From positions 50,946-114,945 of the IMG/VR virus record IMGVR_UViG_2940244548_000002: a stretch of DNA of 64,000 bases, one strand, 5' to 3'. The position numbers and the translations under genes are program-made. This stretch comes from a virus. Taxonomy: Duplodnaviria; Caudoviricetes. Each line of letters starts with the position of its first letter. The first letter of the stretch is position 1. Positions 28,876-38,496 of this stretch are shown in pieces. Under the pieces are notes generated by a model. It saw only the letters and a program-made list of their open reading frames with translations, made no database searches and had not been told where the DNA came from.

Positions 28876-30346
28876 CATAGTAATTGATGATGCACTACTA
28901 GATAATATACAAGCTAAAATGTGCAAAAAACGCTTTTACCATTTCGTAGAAGCGTTTTGGAGCATTATTATACCAGAAGAGCCTGTATTTAATTGGCACA
29001 TTGAGTATCTGTGTGATGAGCTGCAAGAATTGGCATACTATATAATAAACAGATTGCCAAAGCCTTACGATTTAATAATAAACATTCCCCCCGGTACAAC
29101 AAAGAGTACCATTGTTACCATAATGTTCCCTGCATGGCTCTGGACTGTGGATGCCAGATTGCGGGTTATTAGTAGCTCTTATTCCTCCGATGTGAGCCTA
29201 GACCATGCACAGAAGAGTAAGGATATTATCACAAGTGATAAGTACCAGAGGCTATTTCCAGAGGTACAAATACGTAGGGATAAATCAGGTAAGGGGTTCT
29301 ATGGTAACATCTCTGGAGGTGAGCGTTATGTAACATCTACTGGCTCTGCTGTTACAGGTAAGCACGCCCATGTAATTATCAATGACGACCCCCAGAACCC
29401 AAAACAGGCAGAGAGTGATGTAATGAGGCTACAAGCCACCGAGTTTACAAAAACGCTATCCACACGTAAAGTAAACAAGAAAAACACTCCTACCATAACC
29501 ATTATGCAGCGATTGCATGAGGATGATGTTACAGGGTATTTGCTCAAAAAGAAAGGCGAAAAGATAAAGCACATTTGTTTGCCAGCAGAGCTAAGCGAGC
29601 ATGTAAAACCAGTGGAGCTAAGAGAAAAGTATGTCGATGGGCTGCTAGACCCTGTACGGCTAGATAAGGAGGTTATAGAGGAAGCACGCACTGATTTGGG
29701 TACAAGGGGATTTGCGGGGCAATATGAGCAAACACCAGCCAGTGATAAGGGTAACATTATTAAAAAAGAATGGTTTGGGCACATATCTCTTGCCCAGTTC
29801 CTTGCTGTGCGTGGTGGTGCTCCCATGCACTTTTTCATTGATACAGCATACGATGAGAAAAAGAAGAAAACAGACAACGACCCCAGTGGTATTCTGGCAG
29901 CATGTAAAATCGGAAACCAGCTATTCATTTACCATGCCCAAAAGGTATGGAAAGAGTTTCCCGACCTCATACGCTTTTTGCCAGAGTATTGCGATGCGTG
30001 GGGATACGATGGGCGTAGCACGTTACGCATTGAGCCCAAAGCCAATGGTAAGAGCGTGGTGCAACAATTAAGAGATAGTACAGACTTGAATGTAACAGAA
30101 ACACCAACCCCAATAGACAGCAAGGCTACAAGGCTAAAAACCGCTAGCCCTAAAGTTGAGTGTGGGCGTGTGATTTTGGTAGATGGTGATTGGAATGAGG
30201 ATTTTGTAGAGGAAATATGCAAGTTCCCAAGTATGACACATGATGAGTATGTGGATATACTTTACTATGCTATTGAGTACTTCCTATTGAATGACTTAAC
30301 ATTACCAGAGGGCATATCTAAATCATCGTTTGGGGGGCTTTTATAA
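28856..30346 (+). CDS. Terminase large subunit
   Basis: NIPPGTTKS Walker A, IINDDP, IMQRLHEDD, IDTA, HDEYVD nuclease motifs. Confidence 0.93.
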   Translation: MSGSNSNIVIDDALLDNIQAKMCKKRFYHFVEAFWSIIIPEEPVFNWHIEYLCDELQELAYYIINRLPKPYDLIINIPPGTTKSTIVTIMFPAWLWTVDARLRVISSSYSSDVSLDHAQKSKDIITSDKYQRLFPEVQIRRDKSGKGFYGNISGGERYVTSTGSAVTGKHAHVIINDDPQNPKQAESDVMRLQATEFTKTLSTRKVNKKNTPTITIMQRLHEDDVTGYLLKKKGEKIKHICLPAELSEHVKPVELREKYVDGLLDPVRLDKEVIEEARTDLGTRGFAGQYEQTPASDKGNIIKKEWFGHISLAQFLAVRGGAPMHFFIDTAYDEKKKKTDNDPSGILAACKIGNQLFIYHAQKVWKEFPDLIRFLPEYCDAWGYDGRSTLRIEPKANGKSVVQQLRDSTDLNVTETPTPIDSKATRLKTASPKVECGRVILVDGDWNEDFVEEICKFPSMTHDEYVDILYYAIEYFLLNDLTLPEGISKSSFGGLL

Positions 30347-30376
30347 TATGAATATTAACATTAAAAAATTTAAACG

Positions 30377-31810
30377 ATGGGATTTTTAGACCTATTTTTT
30401 AGCAGAATGAGGGCAGCTGTAGGCTATAAGCAATCCTTTGAGGAAAAGATACAGGCGGGCGACATTAGTGGTGCGCTGGGGCTTATGTGCCTAGAGGATA
30501 GGAAAGTTACAAAAGCATTAAACGAGTATGATATAGAGAAGCACGAAATCATGCAAAGGCAGGATAAAGCCACGTTTGATGCTAAAGGTAATTTTAAAGG
30601 GTGGGTAAAACGATGGCGGTTGCCATTAAGTTACCCAGTGTACATTAATGAGATTGCTTTGGTGTTCATTTATGGGCGACCTGTGCAATGGCTGGAGAGA
30701 ACAAAGGATACCAAAAATGCCTTTGCAGCTTTCAACCATTTTATTGAGGACACGCATTTTAATAGCAAGATAAGGCAGGCTAAACGGCTGGCAGGCTCGG
30801 AGACACAGAGTGCTTTACTCTTCCATACCTACCAAAACAAAGATGGCAAGGCTCAATGCTTGATAAAGGTGTTAGCCAAATCTCTGGGAGATGATCTATA
30901 CTACATAAAAGACCAGTACGATAGGTTGCTATATTTTGCACGTGGCTACTATTTATCAGAGGGTGGTGGTAAAACTACCTACCATGTGGATATTTTCACC
31001 GATGATATTATTTACAGGTGCAAGCGTGGGGGGCTAGGCTGGGATATTGAGAAAGAGCCTAACTACATTGGAAAAAAACCTATAATACTCTTTGAGCAAG
31101 AAACAGAGTGGAGCGGTGCAAATCCTCTAATCAAAAGACAGGAATACATGAAGAGCCGTACAGCTGATGTAAACGACTACATGGCAGACCCAGCACTAGT
31201 AGCAACAGCAGATGTAGTAAAAGGGTTGCCAGAGAAAGATACCGAAAATAAGCTGTATGTGTTGAGCGAGAAAGGACAATTAAACTACTTAGTGCCAGAG
31301 ACGGCAGATGAGCTCAAAAAACAGGAGCGAGAGGATAACGAAAGGCATATTTTCCGTGAAACCTTTACCCCTAATATTGACTTTGATACAATGTCTAAGC
31401 TCACAAATATATCGGCAAAGGCATTAAAGCAGATGATGATACTTGCTGATATTAAAGCTCAAATGCGCAAAGAGACCCACGATGAGTACCTAAAACGTAT
31501 TGCAAACCTCATAATAACCATTATTGGCAAAGTAACCCATGTAGATGATGTGGCTGTGAGAACGGAATGCGAAAGGATGAAAGTTGGGCATGAGTACCAA
31601 GAACCATTTGGTGAGGATATAACCGAAGCAATAACCAATGCTATTAAAGAGGTTAATGCTGGTGGTATGTCTAAGGAAACCCTCATTGAGCTAAACCCAC
31701 TGGTAAAAGATAAGGCACAAGAGAAACAACGTATTGCAAGTGAGGAAGCCATAAGGAAACAGGAAGAGCTAGAGCAATACAAAAGAAGCATTTTCGAACC
31801 AACAGAATAA
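30377..31810 (+). CDS. Portal protein
   Basis: 477 aa after TerL; SPP1-type size and SAKALKQ motif. Confidence 0.8.
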   Translation: MGFLDLFFSRMRAAVGYKQSFEEKIQAGDISGALGLMCLEDRKVTKALNEYDIEKHEIMQRQDKATFDAKGNFKGWVKRWRLPLSYPVYINEIALVFIYGRPVQWLERTKDTKNAFAAFNHFIEDTHFNSKIRQAKRLAGSETQSALLFHTYQNKDGKAQCLIKVLAKSLGDDLYYIKDQYDRLLYFARGYYLSEGGGKTTYHVDIFTDDIIYRCKRGGLGWDIEKEPNYIGKKPIILFEQETEWSGANPLIKRQEYMKSRTADVNDYMADPALVATADVVKGLPEKDTENKLYVLSEKGQLNYLVPETADELKKQEREDNERHIFRETFTPNIDFDTMSKLTNISAKALKQMMILADIKAQMRKETHDEYLKRIANLIITIIGKVTHVDDVAVRTECERMKVGHEYQEPFGEDITEAITNAIKEVNAGGMSKETLIELNPLVKDKAQEKQRIASEEAIRKQEELEQYKRSIFEPTE

Positions 31811-31817
31811 GTAAGTT

Positions 31818-32078
31818 ATGTATAACAAAATATTAAACGTGCTTACAAAGCACACAGATAAAGTATTGCATTTTGCAGCAGGCATGATGGTGTGCCTGAT
31901 AGTATTTATACCTCTGGGCAATTACTTTGCTCTGCTAGCAGCTGTAATAGCAGGGCTGGGCAAAGAGATAAGGGATAAAATAAGTTATGGGCGTTTTGAC
32001 TGGCTGGACTTATTGGTAACTGTGGCTGGAGGGGCTTTTGTGTTTGCTTGCCTCCAGCTTAGACTGCTTTTTTTGTAA
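31818..32078 (+). CDS. Small membrane protein
   Basis: DKVLHF..GKEIRD..FDWLDL; related to 242..475. Confidence 0.6.
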   Translation: MYNKILNVLTKHTDKVLHFAAGMMVCLIVFIPLGNYFALLAAVIAGLGKEIRDKISYGRFDWLDLLVTVAGGAFVFACLQLRLLFL

Positions 32079-32130
32079 AAAATCAACATTTTCCCAAACT
32101 CCAAGCTATTTATTAATAAATGATTGATAA

Positions 32131-35100
32131 ATGAATACAAAAAAGCTATATGGCAAATTAAACAAACGTACAGAGTTTTATGCAGCACAGGTGCGTAAAA
32201 TCTACAATGAAAAGATTTCGGAGATAATCGCACTCTGTGATGGCATTGAGGTAAGCGATGATACACCGTTTAAGTTTGCCGACTATGAGGATATTGCACC
32301 AGAGGTACAGAAAACCCTGCGCAATATGTACAGCCAGCTCTACCAGAGCGTTAGAGGCAATGTTACTAAAGAGTGGAACTACTCCAACGTTGCCAATGAT
32401 AAGCTGGTGCAGGGGATATTTGGGAAAAAGAGCATTGAGGATAACCACTTTGCAAAATACTTCCAGCGAAACAAGGAAGCCATGAACTCCTTTTTTGCCC
32501 GCAAAGAGGATGGTTTAGATTTAAGCCAGAGGGTATGGAAGTTTGTCGGGGAGGCAAAGGAGGAGTTAGAGCTTGCACTTGATTTAGGACTGGGTGAGGG
32601 GCTTAGTGCTGATGCTCTTAGTCGTGTTGTGCGCAACTACCTGCATGATACAGATAAGCTGTTTAGGCGTGTGCGCAATAAGCATGGTGATTTAGTATTG
32701 AGCAAAGCAGCGAAAGCCTATCATCCTGGCAGGGGTGTTTACCGTTCATCCTATAAGAATGCCCAGAGGCTTACCAGAACCGAGACCAATATGGCATACA
32801 GGACAGCGGATATTACCCGCTGGCAGCAAATGGATTTCATTATTGGGTATGAGGTTAAGTTAAGCAATAACCACCCAGAGTATGATATTTGTGATGAACT
32901 GGCTGGCAAGTACAAAAAGGACTTTGTTTTCAAGGGGTGGCATCCAAATTGTCGCTGCTACATTGTGCCTATACTATGCACGGAGGATGAGCTAGAGCAA
33001 TTAACAGAAATGATATTGCGGGGTGAAGAAAGCAGCTTTGTGCCAGCAGATATAGTGGAAGATGTACCAGAGGGCTTTAATGAGTGGATTGTAAGCCATA
33101 CGGAGCAAATAGAGAAAGCCAAAATTAACAATACATTGCCATACTTCATTAAGGATAACTATAAAAACGGTGATATAAGCAAGGGGTTTGCATGGGCTGA
33201 AAATGACAAAAATATATCTGGGTTGCAAAACTTCAATAAGCTGCTATCTAAGCATGAGATTGATGTGGATAAGTTTACCAATATGCAGAGTTTTACAAAC
33301 GAGCTCTGGAGGGAAAGCAGCAACAATGTGTATAACGATAAAGAGTTTACCCTATCTAATGCAGTACCTAAAAACAAGGTGCAGTTTGAGCAAGCAGCCA
33401 AGCTAAGCGATAAAAAGATATTGCAGGAGCTACTAGATGATGCTTTGTATGGAGATGATAATAGTTGGATGTTCCTTAATGATGATATACTGGAGGAGCT
33501 GCAAAAGGTTGCCACACAGAAAAGGTTTTTAAGTTCCAATGATGCTAAGTTTGTATTTGGGTTGGATAAGGAGGCTTTGGAAAATGCAATTAAGGGCGAC
33601 ACAGCCATTTTCTCTGGTAGTCGTTATATTGGCACGAATTATAGTACGATAAGCCGACAGGCAATAAAAAACGGTGTGATTTCGGGAGATAATGGTGCAA
33701 TCTGTGCAGTAAACATTCCTAAAGGTAGCCGATACCTCCAAACAATGGATGGAGAGGAGCAACTAGCAATGCTATTGCCAAACTCCAGATTTAAGGTAGT
33801 GAGCACTGAAACTAAAACCATTATACAGGGAGGCAAAAGCACAAAGGTGCTACAGTACAATATGGAGCTGGTAGATGATGGCTCGGAGTACGTAAAAGGG
33901 CTTACTACTGTTAAGGCAGAGGTAAAAGCAAACATAGCTGCATATAACCAAGCCGTAAAAGTTGCAAACAATGTACTAAAGGTTGCGGATGAGTGGGATG
34001 GCGTTTATGGTGTGGATATGGATAAGCTGGCAGCTCTGGTTAAAACTGGAGGTGCAAAAGAAATAAAAGCAGAAGCAACGGCTCTGGCTAAAAGTGTGAG
34101 CAAAGCCAAGCAGCAAGCAATAAACCTCTATAAAGAGCAACCTATAGAATGGGGATTAACCAAAGAGTTTGGAGCGGATACAGCAAAGGCATTTCTGGAG
34201 AATTGGCACAAGCATGTAGATAAAGCAGCCTATATGTCTGATAGTGAGTTTTTGGAAAAGGTGATTAAGAAAGAGCTGTATTACGCAAAGCTCAATCCAA
34301 CCAAGTACCCTACAACTCCAAAGTTTATCTATTACTTTGAGAAACTGGAGGTGCAATATGAGACCAAGCTAGTAAAGACACAGCTACTAGATGAAGTGCA
34401 ACATTCTTTTAACTATGCACAAAAAACAAAGAGTGCCAAAGTAAAAAGTATGGTTGCAGAGCTGCAAGATATGTTTGCTGGTACTACAAATGCTGATACT
34501 CTTAAAATTAAGATTGATGCCTTAAACAAAGAGGTTGCCCGACTGGAGAAAGAAAAAGCCAAATTAGCAGCCAAGAATGGGAAACTAATACAGGAAAATG
34601 CTTTTGAGACTACAGCTTACACAAAGGCTCGTAAAGATGCTGCTATGTGGGCTAAGACAGCAGAGGAGGCAGACGAGAAACTACGTGATAAATGTGGTGA
34701 ACTCTGGAGGACAGCGACACAAGCAGAAAGAGATGCAGCGTATTACTATACAAGTGGCAGCTCCTATGTAAACGAGCCATTAAGAGGCTTAACATACTAT
34801 GGCAGCAAAGGGCGTAATTCGGGTGTGGATATAACCAACTTAACCAACCTCATAGATAAATCTACATACAACTTTGATATGTGGTTGCAACGTGGGGAGG
34901 GCGTAAATGGATTTAGTGGTAAGTTTGGTGTTGATTTAAGAGGTTTAACCGAGAAAGAGGCACAATCTCTGGTTGGTAAGATTGGAGAGGAAAAAGCCTT
35001 TATGTCATGTGGGGATGCAAAAGGTAAGGGTTTTACTGGAGATATTATTTATAACATATATTGCCCGAAAGGCACAAAGGGGCTATACTGTGAGCCATTT

Positions 35101-35271
35101 TCTGCTTTTGGGCATGGTAACGGACACTCTTGGGATGGGCTAGCGAAACAATCCAGTGTTGGATATGAAGCGGAGGTATTATTACAACGTAGTACTAAGT
35201 TCAAGATAACCAAGATTGAACAAAAGGGAGGTAGATGGTATGTTGATATGGATGTAGTAGGGCAACTTTAA
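32131..35271 (+). CDS. MuF (SPP1 gp7-like) head protein fused to ADP-ribosyltransferase toxin domain(s)
   Basis: RLTRTETNMAY, CDELAG.Y, WHPNCRC (MuF); C-terminal YTS..Y.VNEPLRG, LQRG, FMSC, YEAEVLL (VIP2-like R-S-E). Confidence 0.85.
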   Translation: MNTKKLYGKLNKRTEFYAAQVRKIYNEKISEIIALCDGIEVSDDTPFKFADYEDIAPEVQKTLRNMYSQLYQSVRGNVTKEWNYSNVANDKLVQGIFGKKSIEDNHFAKYFQRNKEAMNSFFARKEDGLDLSQRVWKFVGEAKEELELALDLGLGEGLSADALSRVVRNYLHDTDKLFRRVRNKHGDLVLSKAAKAYHPGRGVYRSSYKNAQRLTRTETNMAYRTADITRWQQMDFIIGYEVKLSNNHPEYDICDELAGKYKKDFVFKGWHPNCRCYIVPILCTEDELEQLTEMILRGEESSFVPADIVEDVPEGFNEWIVSHTEQIEKAKINNTLPYFIKDNYKNGDISKGFAWAENDKNISGLQNFNKLLSKHEIDVDKFTNMQSFTNELWRESSNNVYNDKEFTLSNAVPKNKVQFEQAAKLSDKKILQELLDDALYGDDNSWMFLNDDILEELQKVATQKRFLSSNDAKFVFGLDKEALENAIKGDTAIFSGSRYIGTNYSTISRQAIKNGVISGDNGAICAVNIPKGSRYLQTMDGEEQLAMLLPNSRFKVVSTETKTIIQGGKSTKVLQYNMELVDDGSEYVKGLTTVKAEVKANIAAYNQAVKVANNVLKVADEWDGVYGVDMDKLAALVKTGGAKEIKAEATALAKSVSKAKQQAINLYKEQPIEWGLTKEFGADTAKAFLENWHKHVDKAAYMSDSEFLEKVIKKELYYAKLNPTKYPTTPKFIYYFEKLEVQYETKLVKTQLLDEVQHSFNYAQKTKSAKVKSMVAELQDMFAGTTNADTLKIKIDALNKEVARLEKEKAKLAAKNGKLIQENAFETTAYTKARKDAAMWAKTAEEADEKLRDKCGELWRTATQAERDAAYYYTSGSSYVNEPLRGLTYYGSKGRNSGVDITNLTNLIDKSTYNFDMWLQRGEGVNGFSGKFGVDLRGLTEKEAQSLVGKIGEEKAFMSCGDAKGKGFTGDIIYNIYCPKGTKGLYCEPFSAFGHGNGHSWDGLAKQSSVGYEAEVLLQRSTKFKITKIEQKGGRWYVDMDVVGQL

Positions 35272-35588
35272 AGGTTGCCCTTATATGTGGTTAAATACCA
35301 TTTCTTAAACTCTGGAGGGTTTGAGTAATCCCCATTTAGATGAGTGTACCTATTAAACAACAATGCTTTGAGTGTTTGAGGAGTGCCGTCTTTTCGTTCA
35401 AAATCATAGAGCCAAGCTGCATTATACTCATCAATGTAGGAGGAAAACAGATCGCTACTATTAAGGCTCATTTCAACCCATTTACTTTCGTAAAACCAAA
35501 ACATATTTTTATTTTGATTCTCGGTAAAAGGGTTTTCCTTTTCTCCTTTATAGTACCTACATTTTTGTATAAGTTGCTGCTTATCCAT
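35268..35588 (-). CDS. Candidate immunity protein, convergent with the toxin
   Basis: 106 aa CRYYKGEKENPF protein overlapping the MuF-ART stop codon. Confidence 0.5.
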   Translation of the reverse strand: MDKQQLIQKCRYYKGEKENPFTENQNKNMFWFYESKWVEMSLNSSDLFSSYIDEYNAAWLYDFERKDGTPQTLKALLFNRYTHLNGDYSNPPEFKKWYLTTYKGNL

Positions 35589-35737
35589 ATCATTTACTAA
35601 TTAACAACCGCAAAGGTAGACAAATTTGCTGGCATGCCAGATTTAATAAAGCCTAACTTTTGGAAGATTAATTTAGAGCTATAATTGTTATTAGTATTAC
35701 AACAGATATTAATATTATTAAGTTATTAGTAATATAA

Positions 35738-35868
35738 TTGTTGAATGATATTAGTTTGCCTGTTAGAATATTGGGTTAATGTATTGTTCCCATTTTACAC
35801 ATGCTGAAAATAAGCCACTTAATAACTCATTTGCCTGTTAGTAGGATGTTGATTTGTCTGTTAGTAGG
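35738..35868 (-). repeat. Displaced copy of origin iterons
   Basis: CTAACAGGCAAA twice and CTAACAGACAAA once on - strand, plus ATCATTCAACAA shared with 15914-15925. Confidence 0.7.
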
Positions 35869-35871
35869 TTA

Positions 35872-36462
35872 CTAATCTTTTACATTAGTAATACTGGTTA
35901 GCTCGCTGTCAATCATAAATGTAGCTTCATTCAGTACTTTTGCTCCCATTGCATTCTTCGCTCGGTACTTGTGTTCTATTGAAAAACCATCCATAATGGG
36001 AGGGGCTTTTTTTATATTCTCTTTCTCCATTTCAAAATGTTTTAATATTTGCCGTATTGAATCTGCTGTTTTATAGTACTCGCTTTTATCCTCTTGGTTT
36101 AGAGTACTAATGCGTTCTTTTTCTTGAATCCCAATATTACTTGTTAAACTCTTATAGGTTTCCATGTCGTTTGCCTCCAGAGCCATTAAGGCATTGCTAA
36201 TAAGTAGTGTGTCTTGGTATTTTTCAATTAGGGTTTTCCCTCCATACTCTAAAGCCTCTATTTTATTTTCTTGATAATCCCAAATTGTATCTATTTTAGA
36301 AAAAACAACAGACTCATAACTTTGAGGGTCATGCAGATTTTCTTTTAAATAGTTTTTTACTAATTCTTCTGCTTTTTGTTGAGGAGACTTTGAACACCCG
36401 ATAAAAGCCAATGTTGCCAATAAGAAAAAGGCTGAAATTTTTACTCTACTAAACCATTTCAT
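35872..36462 (-). CDS. Lipoprotein of unknown function (moron)
   Basis: Lipobox LAFIG-C; L.DP.SYE and YRAKNAMG motifs. Confidence 0.75.
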   Translation of the reverse strand: MKWFSRVKISAFFLLATLAFIGCSKSPQQKAEELVKNYLKENLHDPQSYESVVFSKIDTIWDYQENKIEALEYGGKTLIEKYQDTLLISNALMALEANDMETYKSLTSNIGIQEKERISTLNQEDKSEYYKTADSIRQILKHFEMEKENIKKAPPIMDGFSIEHKYRAKNAMGAKVLNEATFMIDSELTSITNVKD

Positions 36463-36526
36463 AATACTATTGTTTATATGTTACTAAAACCCTAAACAAT
36501 AGCAATAGTGCATACCATAAAACAAG

Positions 36527-36746
36527 GCGTAGAACCATTGCCATACGCCGTCAAGGTTCACCACAAACCTACCTACTTAATGGAATGATTCTACGCTAAT
36601 AGGTACAATACTCCCATAAGTAGGTAATCTGATAGCCTTATTCTGTTATCCGAGGTGGTGATTCTGACGACGATTAGGCTATAAGCGATAGAGAATATAC
36701 CCAAGTAGCGTATATTCTCTTCCTTTTTTTCTATATGGCAAAGATA
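36527..36746 (-). ncRNA. Structured 5' leader / antisense RNA upstream of the lipoprotein
   Basis: -7 box TATCTTTG (36739-36746, -), stem 36527-36544/36580-36596, loop boxes complementary to 36617-36625 and 36655-36669, hairpin 36690-36720. Confidence 0.6.
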
Positions 36747-36780
36747 TTACTTTTTTTATTTACAACCCGAAAAAATGCTA

Positions 36781-37572
36781 TTAATGAGGTAAATGTAGCC
36801 TGTATTTGGAGTAGAAGCTATCAAAAACAGCTTTTAAATCAGATGGTACAGTACTTAATGCAGCACTCATTACCTCCATTGGTATTCCGCAATCAGGTGT
36901 AGCTTCCGCTATGCTCCCTGTAATACATGCAATAGTATCACTATCACCTCCAAGAGATACAGCCAGCCGTATAGCATCCTCAAAGCTATTACTCTCCAGA
37001 TAGCATATTATTGCCTCTGGTACAGTCTGCATACAGTTTTCATAAAACTGATAAGTCGGGCGTATTTGAGCTAATTTCCTGCTTAAATTGTAATCAAAGT
37101 TTTTTTCTATGTAATGCTTTAGGTACTCTTTGGATTCTCCATTACGTGTAAGGAAAATAGCAGATGCTACAGCCATAGCACCCTTTATGCCCTCTGGATG
37201 GTTGTGTGTACACTGGGCACTACGTTGCGCCTCCCTTTGTACTTCCTCCAGAGTATCAAATGCCCAACCAATTGGGCTAACCCTCATAGCAGAACCGTTA
37301 CCCCAGCTGTTATATGGTTGCGGGTTATCGCTCCTTAACCATGAGCCAAAAGAGCCACCATAAGAACCCATTGGGTTTGGGTACTTATTACCCCAGTAAT
37401 GCAAACGCTCTGCGTATGGCTTACCCTGTAGTATAGCATCAGCGATAGCTAGAGTTAAAATACTATCATCTGTTATTTCGCTCTCTGGTGTTATTAAATC
37501 AAAACTGTAATTATTTGTATTGTCGAATTCGTAAGCACTGCCTACATAATCCCCTATTATTGCTCCTAACAT
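36781..37572 (-). CDS. ADP-ribosylglycohydrolase (DraG/ARH family)
   Basis: MLGAIIGD..GS, TDDS, GNGSAMRVSP, THNHPEG, GGDSDT. Confidence 0.93.
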   Translation of the reverse strand: MLGAIIGDYVGSAYEFDNTNNYSFDLITPESEITDDSILTLAIADAILQGKPYAERLHYWGNKYPNPMGSYGGSFGSWLRSDNPQPYNSWGNGSAMRVSPIGWAFDTLEEVQREAQRSAQCTHNHPEGIKGAMAVASAIFLTRNGESKEYLKHYIEKNFDYNLSRKLAQIRPTYQFYENCMQTVPEAIICYLESNSFEDAIRLAVSLGGDSDTIACITGSIAEATPDCGIPMEVMSAALSTVPSDLKAVFDSFYSKYRLHLPH

Positions 37573-37574
37573 AT

Positions 37575-38402
37575 TTACTCCTTTCTTTTACCTCTATTTG
37601 TTTTTGCTCTTAGCAGCGTATGCTGCGATATAACCGCTCCAGTTCTGGTAGTATATGCCTCACTCTGGAGATTTATTTTACTCTGTAATGTATTGAGAGT
37701 TACCCCAACTACTTCCATAGGCAAATAATGGTATATGGCAGCTTTGCCACCAAACACCCACCGAGTAGCACCCTCATACGGTTGCCTTAACTCTACAATT
37801 ATTATTTTACTACCTATTGCCATTTATTACCTCCAGTAATTCGGTTGTTACTTCATACTTAATGCCCTCTGGCAAACTTTCTATAATGCTCCTTACAATC
37901 TTGCCTTGCCTTTTGGCTCTCCATCTCCAATATACTCTTAGCAAATTGCCAGATGATATTTTGCGAGCTTTGTAAAGTTGAAAATTAGCGTACTCCTTTG
38001 CCAGTAATACCCTCAAAAACATTATAATAGTATTCTCAAAATTTGAGGAGGTTTCTAATAAGCGAGCCATTGAGCTGTTTAGCTCGTTAAAAGCTTCCGT
38101 TAGTTTATTTATACTATCTTTACTCATGGCTGCTTTTTTATAGGTACATTTACTAATGTTTTCTGGTCGCATTGTCCTATCAGGTAATCTACAGCCAGCC
38201 ATGCGATAAATCGCCCTTGTGTGCTCTTTACCCTAGTGGGTATATCATCTATAGTGGTTATCTTTTCACACAATATGTGCAAAGCCTCCTTATACCCCTC
38301 CTTAATAGCTGCATTAACATGCCTGTTTATTAGTTTTTCCTGTAACCGAGCATTAACCATACCAATGGTTTCCTGTATCTCTTCGTCTGTTCTAACAATC
38401 AT
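37575..38402 (-). other. Three small hypothetical ORFs (37575-37823, 37810-38127, 38124-38402) in an operon with the ARH gene
   Basis: Overlapping start and stop codons on - strand. Confidence 0.55.
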
Positions 38403-38496
38403 AATTATATTTCCTTTCTGCAAAATTAGGTATTATTTATTAATTAAATAAAGATTTTATTGAAAAATGCGTGATACATGTACACGTTTTTTTTTA

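Noticed and set aside
29326-29928. Long antisense ORFs (also 42504..43148, 48900..49802, 51483..52067 and others)
   Set aside because: Shadows of well-supported sense genes, Ser/Leu/Phe-rich, no motifs
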